From NCBI GenBank assembly GCA_013203315.1, contig JABMQJ010000026.1, forward strand, positions 1 through 64,000: a stretch of 64,000 nt of DNA, written 5' to 3'. This document shows, in pieces, positions 30,360-40,245 of the stretch. Below the pieces are notes generated by a model. It searched no databases, was not told the origin of the DNA, and saw only the letters and a program-made list of their open reading frames with translations. The stretch comes from Candidatus Omnitrophota bacterium (GTDB lineage: Bacteria > Omnitrophota > Gorgyraeia > JABMRN01 > RBG-13-46-9). A program made the position numbers and the translations under genes. The stretch's first letter is position 1. Every line of letters begins with the position of its first letter.

Positions 30360-31358
30360 ATGGCGAAAGTGTATCATGACAAGGATGCGAATCTTGACGT
30401 TATCAAAAACAAAAAAGTTGCGATTATCGGATACGGCATACAAGGCCGCGGCCAGGCCCTGAATCTAAAGGATTCAGGTATCGACGTTATCGTAAGCGAA
30501 CTCGAAGGAACGCCGAATTACAAAACTGCCGAAGCCGACGGCTTTAAACCCATGCCGGCAGATGAGGCGGTAAAAAGCGCCGACATCATACAGGTTCTTA
30601 CACAGGACCATGTCCAGGCAATGGTTTATAAGGGTGCTATAGAGCCGAATTTAGCAGCCGGTAAGGCGCTTGTTTTTTCACACGGGTTCAACATTCATTT
30701 CAAACAGATCGTGCCGCCGAAAAACGTAGATGTGTTCATGGTAGCACCTAAGGGCCCCGGCGCGCTTGTAAGAGAACAATACGAGGAAGGGAAAGGCGTT
30801 CCGTGCCTTGTCGCTATCTTCCAGGACTCTACCGGTAACGCTCTTAAACTCGCACTCGCTTATGCCAAAGCCATAGGCGGGACAAGGGCAGGCGTTATCG
30901 AGACAACTTTCGAAGAAGAAACCGAGACAGATCTCTTCGGAGAGCAGGCGGTTCTTTGCGGAGGAGTAACGGAGCTCATAAAAGCAGGTTTCGACACGTT
31001 AACGGAAGCCGGTTACCAACCGGAGATAGCATATTTCGAATGCTTGCATGAACTTAAGCTGATAACCGATTTGATTTACAAAGTAGGCATACAGGGAATG
31101 AGAAAGAAAGTATCCGATACCGCGGAGTACGGAGATCTTACGAGGGGAAAAAGGATTATAACAGCCGAGACGCGGAAAATTATGAAAGACATGTTAAGCG
31201 AAATACAAACAGGTAAATTTGCTAAAGAATGGATTGATGAAAATAAAAACAAAAGACCAGTTTTTAATAAAATATCCGCCGAAGAAAGCAAGCACCCGAT
31301 TGAAGAAGTCGGAAGAAAGCTTCGTAAGATGATGCCCTGGATGGAGGAGTCGAAGTAA
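30360..31358 (+). CDS. ilvC: Ketol-acid reductoisomerase
   Basis: [20 protein letters not shown] and [16 protein letters not shown] motifs. Confidence 0.97.
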   Translation: MAKVYHDKDANLDVIKNKKVAIIGYGIQGRGQALNLKDSGIDVIVSELEGTPNYKTAEADGFKPMPADEAVKSADIIQVLTQDHVQAMVYKGAIEPNLAAGKALVFSHGFNIHFKQIVPPKNVDVFMVAPKGPGALVREQYEEGKGVPCLVAIFQDSTGNALKLALAYAKAIGGTRAGVIETTFEEETETDLFGEQAVLCGGVTELIKAGFDTLTEAGYQPEIAYFECLHELKLITDLIYKVGIQGMRKKVSDTAEYGDLTRGKRIITAETRKIMKDMLSEIQTGKFAKEWIDENKNKRPVFNKISAEESKHPIEEVGRKLRKMMPWMEESK

Positions 31359-31375
31359 CTAGAAGGTAGAAGAAG

Positions 31376-32887
31376 ATGGAGAAGATAATAATATTTGACA
31401 CTACGCTAAGAGACGGCGAGCAATCGCCCGGAGCAAGCTTAAACAACAAAGAAAAACTTGAAATTGCGAAGCAGCTTGAGACTCTCGGTGTTGATGTCAT
31501 AGAAGCGGGGTTTCCTGCCTCAAGTCCCGGGGACTTCGAGTCAGTAAAAGCAATCGCAAAGACTATTAAAAAGGCAATCGTTTGTGGCCTGGCGCGTGCC
31601 GTCAAAAGCGACATCGACGCCGCTTACAGGGCGGTTAGGCCTGCTAAAAATCCGCGCATACATGTGTTCCTGGCTACGTCTAAGATACACATGAAATATA
31701 AGTTGAAGAAAGCAAAAAGCGAAATTTTGAAAACTGCGGTATGGGCCGTTAAATACGCGAAGCGGAAAGTAAAGGATGTAGAGTTTTCACCGGAAGACGC
31801 CTCGCGCACGGATAAGAGATTTCTTTACGAAGTCGTGGAAGCTGTAATTGACGCAGGGGCTACGACGGTCAATATTCCCGATACAGTGGGGTACGCAACA
31901 CCTTACGAATTCGGAGAACTCATAAAGGGTATAAAGATGAACGTGCCCAATATGCACAAAGCCGTGATCAGCATTCATTGTCATAACGACTTAGGGCTTG
32001 GCGTAAGTAACTCTCTTGCCGCTATTCTAAACGGCGCAAGGCAGGCCGAGTGCACCATTAACGGCCTCGGTGAAAGGGCCGGTAACGCGTCTTTGGAGGA
32101 GATAGTCATGGCTATTGCCACAAGAGGCGATATACTTAATTTCAAAACGAAGATAAAAACAAAAGAAATCTATAAGACGTCACGCCTTGTCAGCAAACTT
32201 ACCGGAATTCCCGTGCAGCCCAATAAGGCTATAGTAGGCGCCAATGCTTTTGCGCACGAAGCAGGTATTCACCAGGACGGACTTTTAAAGGAACGTACCA
32301 CGTACGAAATCATGAAGCCACAGCACGTTGGTTTCGAGGAGACAAAGCTTGTCCTGGGAAAACATTCGGGTAGGCATGCCCTTAAAGCAAGGTTGAAAAA
32401 AATGGGCTATACCCTGACCGATAAAGAGGTGGGAAAAGCCTTTGTTAGATTCAAGAAGCTGGCTGATAAGAAAAAGCAGATTTTCGATGAAGACCTGGCA
32501 GCGATCGTAGAGGATGAAATCGGCACTACCCCCGAGGTTTATAAACTGGTGAGTTTTTATATTTTGAGCGGCAACAAGGTTACCCCGAGCGCAACAGTTA
32601 CGTTGAAACACGAGGGCAGGAATCTTATAGCCAGCTCCACCGGAGACGGCCCTGTCGACGCATGCTATAAAGCCGTTGAAAAGATCGCGTTTATAAAACC
32701 GAAACTTTTGTCTTACAATCTGAGCGCGGTAACTGCGGGTGAGGACGCCCTCGGCGAAGTTTCAATCAGAATTAAGATAAAAAAGCACGAGGTGAACGGC
32801 AGGGGCGCATCGACAGACGTTGTCGAAGCGAGCCTAAAAGCGTACCTTAATGCCCTGAACAAATTTAAGGTATTAAACGCGAAATAA
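31376..32887 (+). CDS. leuA: 2-isopropylmalate synthase
   Basis: DTTLRDGEQSPG, HCHNDLG, GERAGNA and HQDG motifs; C-terminal regulatory domain GDGPVDA. Confidence 0.95.
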   Translation: MEKIIIFDTTLRDGEQSPGASLNNKEKLEIAKQLETLGVDVIEAGFPASSPGDFESVKAIAKTIKKAIVCGLARAVKSDIDAAYRAVRPAKNPRIHVFLATSKIHMKYKLKKAKSEILKTAVWAVKYAKRKVKDVEFSPEDASRTDKRFLYEVVEAVIDAGATTVNIPDTVGYATPYEFGELIKGIKMNVPNMHKAVISIHCHNDLGLGVSNSLAAILNGARQAECTINGLGERAGNASLEEIVMAIATRGDILNFKTKIKTKEIYKTSRLVSKLTGIPVQPNKAIVGANAFAHEAGIHQDGLLKERTTYEIMKPQHVGFEETKLVLGKHSGRHALKARLKKMGYTLTDKEVGKAFVRFKKLADKKKQIFDEDLAAIVEDEIGTTPEVYKLVSFYILSGNKVTPSATVTLKHEGRNLIASSTGDGPVDACYKAVEKIAFIKPKLLSYNLSAVTAGEDALGEVSIRIKIKKHEVNGRGASTDVVEASLKAYLNALNKFKVLNAK

Positions 32888-32900
32888 CTTTTGAAATTTA

Positions 32901-32980
32901 ACGGATAGCGGATAGCGTATAGCTGGTAAAAAGTGAAAATTCTTACAGAAACTATGCGTTATCCGCTATGCGCTATCCGT
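32901..32980. repeat. Inverted pair of heptamer tandem repeats (CGNATAG)n forming a hairpin
   Basis: ACGGATAG-CGGATAG-CGTATAG-C at 32901-23; its reverse-complement-like partner CTATGCG-TTATCCG-CTATGCG-CTATCCGT at 32952-80. Confidence 0.85.
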
Positions 32981-33004
32981 AAGATGCGAATGAAAGTCAA
33001 AATT

Positions 33005-33856
33005 ATGAAAACATACGGCCTTCTGGGAAGGAACATAAATTACTCGCTTTCGCCCGCTATGCATAACGCAGCGTTTAGGGCGCTAGGACTGGATGCGGAG
33101 TATAAAATTTTCGATATTCCGGAAAGCGGTATCAGCGGTTTCTTTTCGGATTTGAAACAAGGTAAAATCTCGGGTTGCAACGTAACGATTCCGCATAAGG
33201 AAAAAACGCTTGAGTTTGTTGACGAATGTCACAATCTCGCAAAAGACATAGGGGCTGTAAACACTGTTGTTACTAAAGCCGCCAAACTTCATGGGTATAA
33301 CACTGACTATCAAGGTTTCGTGAAAGCGCTGACGGGGAAAAACGAGAACGACCTTGATTTTAACCCTAAGGGTAAAGAAATTTTTGTATTCGGCGCAGGT
33401 GGCGCCTCAAGAGCCGTTATTTTTGGCCTTGTAACTTTGGGAGCAAAAAAGATCGCTATAGTCGACATCGATGAAGCAAAAGCCGAAGAACTCGCCTCGT
33501 CTGTTATAAAAACCCACGTGGGAAATTCTTTGATAACGGTCGTAAAAGACAGGACTAAATATGAAGAATTTATATCAAAATCCGATCTTTTGATCAATGC
33601 GACACCGTGCGGTGTGGAAGAAAAAGATCCCACACTCTTTGATTATAGGTATATTCATGAAAAATTACATGTTTTTGATTTGATTTATACCAAAGAAACC
33701 CGGCTCGTAAAGGAAGCCCGGCCGCGTAGCGGAAAATCAATTAACGGATTAAATATGCTTTTGTATCAGGCAACCGAAGCGTTTACGCTTTGGACAGGCA
33801 TGCCGGCACCGCTTGAGGTGATGCAAAAAGCACTTCGGGAAGGAATCGATAAATGA
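33005..33856 (+). CDS. aroE: Shikimate dehydrogenase
   Basis: SLSPAMHN, NVTIPHK, GAVNT, NTDYQG, GAGGA and MLLYQA motifs. Start placed at ATG 33005 because the track's N-terminal extension is the heptamer repeat. Confidence 0.93.
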   Translation: MKTYGLLGRNINYSLSPAMHNAAFRALGLDAEYKIFDIPESGISGFFSDLKQGKISGCNVTIPHKEKTLEFVDECHNLAKDIGAVNTVVTKAAKLHGYNTDYQGFVKALTGKNENDLDFNPKGKEIFVFGAGGASRAVIFGLVTLGAKKIAIVDIDEAKAEELASSVIKTHVGNSLITVVKDRTKYEEFISKSDLLINATPCGVEEKDPTLFDYRYIHEKLHVFDLIYTKETRLVKEARPRSGKSINGLNMLLYQATEAFTLWTGMPAPLEVMQKALREGIDK

Positions 33857-34620
33857 TTATTGTTCTTTCCTTTATTATAGGCGCTATCTCGGGCAGTTTT
33901 ATGAACGTGTGTATTTACAGGTTGCCGCGCAAGGAATCAGTAGTAAGGCCGCGTTCTCATTGCCCGTCATGCGCCAGGGCGATACCGTGGTACGATAACG
34001 TCCCGATTTTAAGTTTTTTGATGTTGGCCGGAAAATGCAGATTTTGTAAAAAAAGAATTTCCGTGGTTTATCCGATTGTTGAAATCCTTTCGGGGTTGAT
34101 ATGTGTTTTACTTTTTTTAACTTTTGGGTTAACAGTTAAATTTTTCATACTATGGTATTTTTTAAGCGCCCTGGTTGTAGTTTCATTCATCGATCTACGG
34201 ATTCATGAAATACCGGATGAAATTACGCTTTCAGGAATAGCGCTCGGGATGGTTGCGGCAGCTTTGTACCCCCCGCTCTTGGGTAAGGTAGGGCATCTTT
34301 CATCTTTGCTTGATTCGTTTCTCGGGGTTATAGTAGGAGGGGGAAGCATTTATCTACTAGGTTTTATCGGAGAATTTATTTTTAAAAAAGAAGCAATGGG
34401 AGGCGGAGACGTTAAACTCCTGGCGATGATAGGCGCTTTTTTAGGATGGAAATTAGCCATCTTTACTTTTTTCCTGGCGCCGCTTTCCGGATCTATAGTG
34501 GGTATTACACTTAAAATAAAAAAGGGCGAAGAAATAATCCCCTACGGACCGCACCTCTCTCTGGCGGCTGTAATAGCGTTGTTTTATGGAGAGAGGCTTT
34601 TAAGAGGTCTGTTTTTTTAA
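33853..34620 (+). CDS. pilD: Type IV prepilin peptidase/N-methyltransferase (A24)
   Basis: GSFMNVCIYRLP, two CxxC pairs, ID...IPD, MGGGDVKL and PYGP motifs. Confidence 0.93.
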   Translation: MIIVLSFIIGAISGSFMNVCIYRLPRKESVVRPRSHCPSCARAIPWYDNVPILSFLMLAGKCRFCKKRISVVYPIVEILSGLICVLLFLTFGLTVKFFILWYFLSALVVVSFIDLRIHEIPDEITLSGIALGMVAAALYPPLLGKVGHLSSLLDSFLGVIVGGGSIYLLGFIGEFIFKKEAMGGGDVKLLAMIGAFLGWKLAIFTFFLAPLSGSIVGITLKIKKGEEIIPYGPHLSLAAVIALFYGERLLRGLFF

Positions 34621-34631
34621 AGGAGGAAACA

Positions 34632-35759
34632 ATGCGAATACGATATTTAACCGCAGGCGAATCGCACGGTAAGGCGCTTGTCTCGATTATAGAGGGAATT
34701 CCAAGCGGCATGAAGCTTGACGTTGGGTTCATTAACGATGAGCTCGCAAGGCGCATGAAAGGCTACGGCCGAGGGAAAAGAATGCTTATAGAAAAAGACA
34801 AGGTGCAAATTTTATCCGGAACAAGGAAGGGGAAGACGCTTGGAAGCCCTGTCACCCTTCTTATTGAAAATAAGGATTTCAAGATAGAATCTCTCCCATC
34901 CATAAGCTGTCCGAGGCCGGGACATGCTGATCTGGCAGGCGCGCTTAAATTCGGAGAACGGGACATAAGAAATATTCTGGAAAGAGCATCGGCACGTGAA
35001 ACCGCTTCGAGGGTAGCAACCGGCGCGCTTTGTAAAATTCTTTTAAGCGAATTCGGCATAAAATTTTTAAGCCATGTTGTAATGATCGGCGGCATTAAAG
35101 CCGAAAAGAGGTTTTCATTCGGCAAGATGAAGCTTCTCGCGGAAAAATCAGCCGTGAGGTGCGTGGATAAAGACGCCTCCGAATTAATGAAAAACGAAAT
35201 ACAGGATGCCAAAGATGCGGGTGACACTTTAGGCGGTACCTTTGAAGTGGTTGCAGAAGGCATTCCGTGCGGTTTAGGTAGTTACACGCAGTGGGATAGA
35301 AGGCTCGATGGAAACCTGGCAAGGGCCGTCATGGCGATTCCCGGCATCAAGGCCGTGGAAATTGGCGCAGGTTTCAACGTTGCCATAAAACGCGGCTCCG
35401 AGGTGCATGACGAAATATTTTTTGAGAAAAGCTCAAAAAAATTCAAAAGAAATCAGAATGCAGCAGGTGGCATAGAGGGCGGCATTACAAACGGAGAGGA
35501 TCTCATTTTGCGCGCAGCGATGAAACCGATAGCTACGCTTGTAAAGCCCTTAAGGTCGGTAAACATAAATACCAAAAAAGCCACGAAGGCTCAGGTGGAA
35601 AGGGCCGACGTTTGCGTTGTGCCGTCTTCGGGCGTTATAGCCGAGGGCGTCTCGGCTATTGAGATAGCGTGCGCCATGACAGAAAAATTCGGCGGTGATT
35701 CGCTCATCGAAATGAAACGAAACTACGAAGGATACTTGAAGCAGATTAAAAAGTTATGA
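34632..35759 (+). CDS. aroC: Chorismate synthase
   Basis: TAGESHG, PRPGHADL, ERASARETA and GGIEGG motifs. Confidence 0.97.
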   Translation: MRIRYLTAGESHGKALVSIIEGIPSGMKLDVGFINDELARRMKGYGRGKRMLIEKDKVQILSGTRKGKTLGSPVTLLIENKDFKIESLPSISCPRPGHADLAGALKFGERDIRNILERASARETASRVATGALCKILLSEFGIKFLSHVVMIGGIKAEKRFSFGKMKLLAEKSAVRCVDKDASELMKNEIQDAKDAGDTLGGTFEVVAEGIPCGLGSYTQWDRRLDGNLARAVMAIPGIKAVEIGAGFNVAIKRGSEVHDEIFFEKSSKKFKRNQNAAGGIEGGITNGEDLILRAAMKPIATLVKPLRSVNINTKKATKAQVERADVCVVPSSGVIAEGVSAIEIACAMTEKFGGDSLIEMKRNYEGYLKQIKKL

Positions 35760-36271
35760 AAAATATAGTACTAGTCGGCTTCATGGGAACGGGCAAAACA
35801 GCCGTTGCCAAAGAGCTATCCAGAAAACTCGGAATGAAATACATATCTACAGACGATATTATCGAAGAGATAGAGAAAATCAAGATATCAAATATTTTCT
35901 CTGGAAAAGGAGAGGATTACTTTAGAAAAGTAGAAAAAAAAGTTATTAAAGACATCTCGGAGATGGAGAATGTCGTTATTGACGCCGGCGGCGGTGTTTC
36001 GATAGACCCCGAGAACGTGCAAAATCTAAAGGAAAAAGGCATTATCATATGCCTGTGGGCGGAACCGGAAGTTATTTTGGAAAGAACGAAAAAATATGCG
36101 CACAGGCCATTATTAAACGTAAGCGATCCCCTGGCGAAGATAAAGGAACTCCTCGAAAAGCGAAAACCTTTTTACGAAAGAGCCGATCACCACATAGTTA
36201 CCTCGAAGTTATCTTTGGACGGTGTAATCAACGAAATCGAAAGGATTATAAAGGATGCAAAAAAAGATTAG
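35756..36271 (+). CDS. aroK: Shikimate kinase
   Basis: GFMGTGKT, GEDYFR, GGG and RPLL motifs. Confidence 0.95.
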   Translation: MKNIVLVGFMGTGKTAVAKELSRKLGMKYISTDDIIEEIEKIKISNIFSGKGEDYFRKVEKKVIKDISEMENVVIDAGGGVSIDPENVQNLKEKGIIICLWAEPEVILERTKKYAHRPLLNVSDPLAKIKELLEKRKPFYERADHHIVTSKLSLDGVINEIERIIKDAKKD

Positions 36272-37286
36272 CAAAGAAATAGTCAACATGTTGGAAGGAT
36301 ATGAAACAATATCAGGAAAAGCAGGCTACGCTGTTTTCATACATGACACGAGAGGCAACATTTTTGAAGTAAATAAGAGGGCCGAAAAGCTGACAGGGTA
36401 TCCCAGAAAAGAATTGCTAAACATGAATGTAATGCAATTGCACACAAAAAAAGAACTAAATACCTCTATCAGGAAGCTTCGGCTAATAGAGGAGACAAAA
36501 AGAGAGGTTGAATTCGGATCTCAAATGCAGAAAAAAAACGGAAAAGCGATAAACGTAAAAATCACGGGGGATAAATTTAAATTTAAAAATATCACTTTTG
36601 TCATAGGCATGGTAAGAGAGATCGCGCCCCACGCAAAATTATGGAAAGCAAAAAAGAGAAGAAGTACCACAAAGCCAAATAGCGATAAATTCTCTAAACA
36701 GGTAAAAAATATGAATAAAGAAGGCATCGGCTCTCTTCATCTTTTGATAGAGATTGCTGAAGCAAGAGACCCCTATACAATGAAACATTCCGTAAAGGTA
36801 AAAAAATACGTAGAACTTCTGGCGCGGCGCGTGGAATTTTCCGAGAAAAATATAGAAAGTTTAAAACTTGCTTCAATGCTTCATGATATAGGAAAAATCG
36901 GAATAGATCAGGATGTACTTACCAAACCCGGCGCTTTGACTAAAGCAGAATACAGTAAAGTAAAAAAACATCCGCTCTTAAGCACAAAGATGATAAGACG
37001 CATACCGGTTGTCGATAAGCAGATATCAAAAATCGTGAAATATCACCACGAAAATTATGGCGGGGGCGGTTATCCCACAGGCTTAAGGGGCACAAAGATT
37101 CCTTTAGGTGCCCGCATCCTGGCCATAGCTGACACGTATGATGCCCTAAGAAGTAATCGGGCCTATCGAAAGGCGTATTCCTACCCGGAAGCAGTAGGAA
37201 TTATGAAAAGTGAGCGTGGAAAGAGATTTGATCCTAAGCTGGTAGACATATTTTTGGATTGTCTGCAATCCGAGGCAAAGAAGTAA
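36255..37286 (+). CDS. PAS + HD-GYP cyclic dinucleotide phosphodiesterase
   Basis: N-terminal PAS (VN.RAEKLTGY), then ARDPYT..HS, LHDIGK, HHE...GGGYP.GL and ADTYDAL...R.YR. Confidence 0.9.
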   Translation: MQKKISKEIVNMLEGYETISGKAGYAVFIHDTRGNIFEVNKRAEKLTGYPRKELLNMNVMQLHTKKELNTSIRKLRLIEETKREVEFGSQMQKKNGKAINVKITGDKFKFKNITFVIGMVREIAPHAKLWKAKKRRSTTKPNSDKFSKQVKNMNKEGIGSLHLLIEIAEARDPYTMKHSVKVKKYVELLARRVEFSEKNIESLKLASMLHDIGKIGIDQDVLTKPGALTKAEYSKVKKHPLLSTKMIRRIPVVDKQISKIVKYHHENYGGGGYPTGLRGTKIPLGARILAIADTYDALRSNRAYRKAYSYPEAVGIMKSERGKRFDPKLVDIFLDCLQSEAKK

Positions 37287-37308
37287 AAGGAGAAGGCATA
37301 GGGCTTAA

Positions 37309-38193
37309 ATGCAAATAAATAGAATAAGCATAAGCGATAACGAATACCCGGCCGGCTTGCGGAACATATTTATACCGCCTGAGGAGCTTTTTGTTAACGG
37401 CGAGATTTTACCCCGGGATGATAATGCCATAGCTATTGTCGGTACAAGGCGGGCTACTCGCTACGGGTTGGAAGAGGCGAAAAAGCTTTCTTACGATTTG
37501 GCTTTAAAAGGGATAACAATTGTTAGCGGCATGGCGAGTGGTATTGATACTGCCGCGCACAAAGGGGCGCTTGCCGCAGGCGGAAGGACGATAGCTGTTT
37601 TGGGAAGTGGTCACGATTATATTTATCCGCTTGAAAATAAAAAATTATACGATGAAATCACAAGAAATGGCGCCGTAGTGACGGAGCACCCCGGAAATAC
37701 CCGCCCGTTCCCGCAGAATTTTCCCAGAAGAAACAGAATTATAAGTGGCTTGTCAAAAGGCGTAGTCGTAGTTGAGGCCCCGCAAAAAAGCGGCGCCCTG
37801 ATAACGGCGAATTTTGCCCTCGAACAGGGCAAGGAAGTATTTGCGATGCCGGGTAATATAAATTCGACAAGATCAGACGGTACCAACGCCCTAATAAAAG
37901 AAGGTGCGAAGCTCTTAGCTAGTGCTAACGATATACTCGAAGAATTGAAATACGTTATGCCCGTTTCGGCCGAACCCGCCCCGGATCGTAACCATGATAA
38001 AGAATTGTCTCTTAAGAACTTGTCTTCCGACGAGAAGACAATATTCGGTATTTTAGATTACAAGCCAAAATCAAGAGATGAAATTTTAGAAACCATAGAT
38101 CTCCCCGTACAGGAGCTTTCGAAAGCATTGCTTGGGCTGGAGTTGAAAAAGCTTATTAAAGCCCTTCCGGGAGAAAATTTTACAAAGGTGTAG
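37309..38193 (+). CDS. dprA: DNA processing protein DprA
   Basis: AIVGTR, SGMASGIDTAAH, FPRRNRIISG and VVVEA..KSGALITA motifs. Confidence 0.96.
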   Translation: MQINRISISDNEYPAGLRNIFIPPEELFVNGEILPRDDNAIAIVGTRRATRYGLEEAKKLSYDLALKGITIVSGMASGIDTAAHKGALAAGGRTIAVLGSGHDYIYPLENKKLYDEITRNGAVVTEHPGNTRPFPQNFPRRNRIISGLSKGVVVVEAPQKSGALITANFALEQGKEVFAMPGNINSTRSDGTNALIKEGAKLLASANDILEELKYVMPVSAEPAPDRNHDKELSLKNLSSDEKTIFGILDYKPKSRDEILETIDLPVQELSKALLGLELKKLIKALPGENFTKV

Positions 38194-38196
38194 AAA

Positions 38197-40239
38197 ATGT
38201 CAAAAAAAGCAATTGTTATAGTAGAATCACCCGCTAAGTCCAAAACGATCAATAAAATCCTCGGCCCGGATTATGTTGTGCTCTCCAGCATGGGGCACAT
38301 TGTGGACCTGCCGAAAAATAAAATGGGGATTGACGTTGAAAATGACTTTAAACCTGAATACATCGTAATCCAGGCCAGAAGAAAATACATGGCGCAATTA
38401 AAGAAGGAAGTTAAGAAGGTTGACACAATCTACCTCGCAGCTGACCCGGACAGAGAGGGCGAAGCGATAAGCTGGCATCTCAAGAAACAGCTTGGCAAGG
38501 GAAAGAAGGTCTTCAGGGTTACCTTTGACGAGATTACCGAAACCGCGGTAAAAAAGGCTTTCAAAAACCCGCACCCTATCGACATAAATCTTGTCAACGC
38601 CCAACAGGCGCGCCGCATCTTAGACAGGATCGTCGGTTATAGTTTAAGCCCACTTCTCTGGAAAAAGGTTACGCGAGGCCTTTCAGCAGGCAGGGTGCAG
38701 TCCGTAGCCGTGAGGCTCGTTGTGGATAGGGAGGCGAAGATAAAAAAGTTTGTTCCGGACGAATACTGGGACATAGAAGCGCATTTAAAGAAGAAAAACA
38801 AAGAGGAACGCCGCTTTTTCTCGGCAAAACTCGAGAAAATAAATAAAAAAGATTTCGAGATCAAAAACGAAAAGGATATCGAAAGTACGGTAGAGGATAT
38901 AAAAAAGAACGAGTTTGTTGTATCGAAAATAAAAGAGGCTAAGAAGAAAAGATCTCCCCAGGCGCCGTTTACAACATCAAAAATGCAGCAGGACTCTTTT
39001 AACAAGCTGCATTTTCCCGTAAATAAAACCATGCGCGTGGCTCAGCAGCTGTATGAAGGCGTGGAATTGGAGGGCAAAGAGAGCGTGGGTCTTATCACGT
39101 ACATGCGAACTGACTCTGTCAAGGTATCGCACGACGCGCAGGAGGCCGCTGCAAAGCATATACTGAAAGTTTACGGCAAAAAATATTATCCACAGAAACC
39201 AAACGTCTACAAATCAAAAAAAAGAGCGCAGGAAGCGCACGAATGTATAAGGCCCACACTTCCCCTGAGGACCCCGGAGAGCGTGAGAGAATTCCTGGAG
39301 CCGGATCAGTTTAAATTGTACGAACTTGTCTGGAAAAGATTCATATCAAGCCAGATGACCCCGGCGCTGCATTCTGTAAATACCGTAGAGATAGAAGCCG
39401 GTATCTATCTTTTTAGAACCTCCGGCACAAAAGTCGTCTTTGACGGTTTTATGGTCCTATATCCGGTTATAACCGCGCCCGAAGCAGAAGACGAAAAGCG
39501 ACAAATGCCATGGAAGATACCCATGCTGGAAATCGGGGAACGCTTAAATCTGATGAAATTGATTCCCTCGCAGCATTTTACGAAGCCACCTGCCCGGTAC
39601 TCTGACGCTACGCTAGTCAAGGCATTGGAGGAAAAAGGTATCGGAAGACCGTCTACTTACGCCCCTATTATCTCGACAATTATTATTCGCCATTACGTAA
39701 AGCGGATAAGGGGTTATCTGCACCCCACCGAACTCGGCGATATCATAATAGAGCTACTCGTAAAACATTTTCCTAAGATAATGGAATCGAATTTTACCGC
39801 AGAAATGGAAAACGAGCTCGATGATATAGAAGAAGGAAAAATCGAATGGCGCATGGTCCTGAAAAATTTCTACGCACCCTTTATGAGCAGAATCGACGCA
39901 GCGAAGGAAAATATGAAGAGCATAAAGAAAGAGGGCGTAAAAACCGACGAAATTTGTGATCTTTGCGGTAAGCACATGATTATCAAATGGGGACGGCGCG
40001 GAAAATTCTTAAGCTGTTCGGATTTCCCGAGATGTAAATTCGCTAAATCCATAACAACAGGTATAAAATGCCCGGCCCCGGACTGTGAGGGAGAACTCAT
40101 AGAGAGGCGTTCAAAGAGGGGCCCTTTCTACGGCTGCACGAAGTACCCGAATTGCAAGTATACCTCAAGGGGCCTGCCGAAGCAGGAAGAAAACCCCGAA
40201 GAAACGAAGAAAGAAGAACCAAAAGAAGATACCCCATAA
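38197..40239 (+). CDS. topA: DNA topoisomerase I
   Basis: IVESPAK, DPDREGEAISWH, SAGRVQS and LITYMRTDS motifs; C-terminal zinc ribbons. Confidence 0.97.
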   Translation: MSKKAIVIVESPAKSKTINKILGPDYVVLSSMGHIVDLPKNKMGIDVENDFKPEYIVIQARRKYMAQLKKEVKKVDTIYLAADPDREGEAISWHLKKQLGKGKKVFRVTFDEITETAVKKAFKNPHPIDINLVNAQQARRILDRIVGYSLSPLLWKKVTRGLSAGRVQSVAVRLVVDREAKIKKFVPDEYWDIEAHLKKKNKEERRFFSAKLEKINKKDFEIKNEKDIESTVEDIKKNEFVVSKIKEAKKKRSPQAPFTTSKMQQDSFNKLHFPVNKTMRVAQQLYEGVELEGKESVGLITYMRTDSVKVSHDAQEAAAKHILKVYGKKYYPQKPNVYKSKKRAQEAHECIRPTLPLRTPESVREFLEPDQFKLYELVWKRFISSQMTPALHSVNTVEIEAGIYLFRTSGTKVVFDGFMVLYPVITAPEAEDEKRQMPWKIPMLEIGERLNLMKLIPSQHFTKPPARYSDATLVKALEEKGIGRPSTYAPIISTIIIRHYVKRIRGYLHPTELGDIIIELLVKHFPKIMESNFTAEMENELDDIEEGKIEWRMVLKNFYAPFMSRIDAAKENMKSIKKEGVKTDEICDLCGKHMIIKWGRRGKFLSCSDFPRCKFAKSITTGIKCPAPDCEGELIERRSKRGPFYGCTKYPNCKYTSRGLPKQEENPEETKKEEPKEDTP

Positions 40240-40245
40240 GAGATT

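Noticed and set aside
32933-33004. N-terminal extension of AroE (MKILTETMRYPLCAIRK...)
   Set aside because: It is the translation of the heptamer repeat; AroE homology starts at MKTYGLLG (33005).
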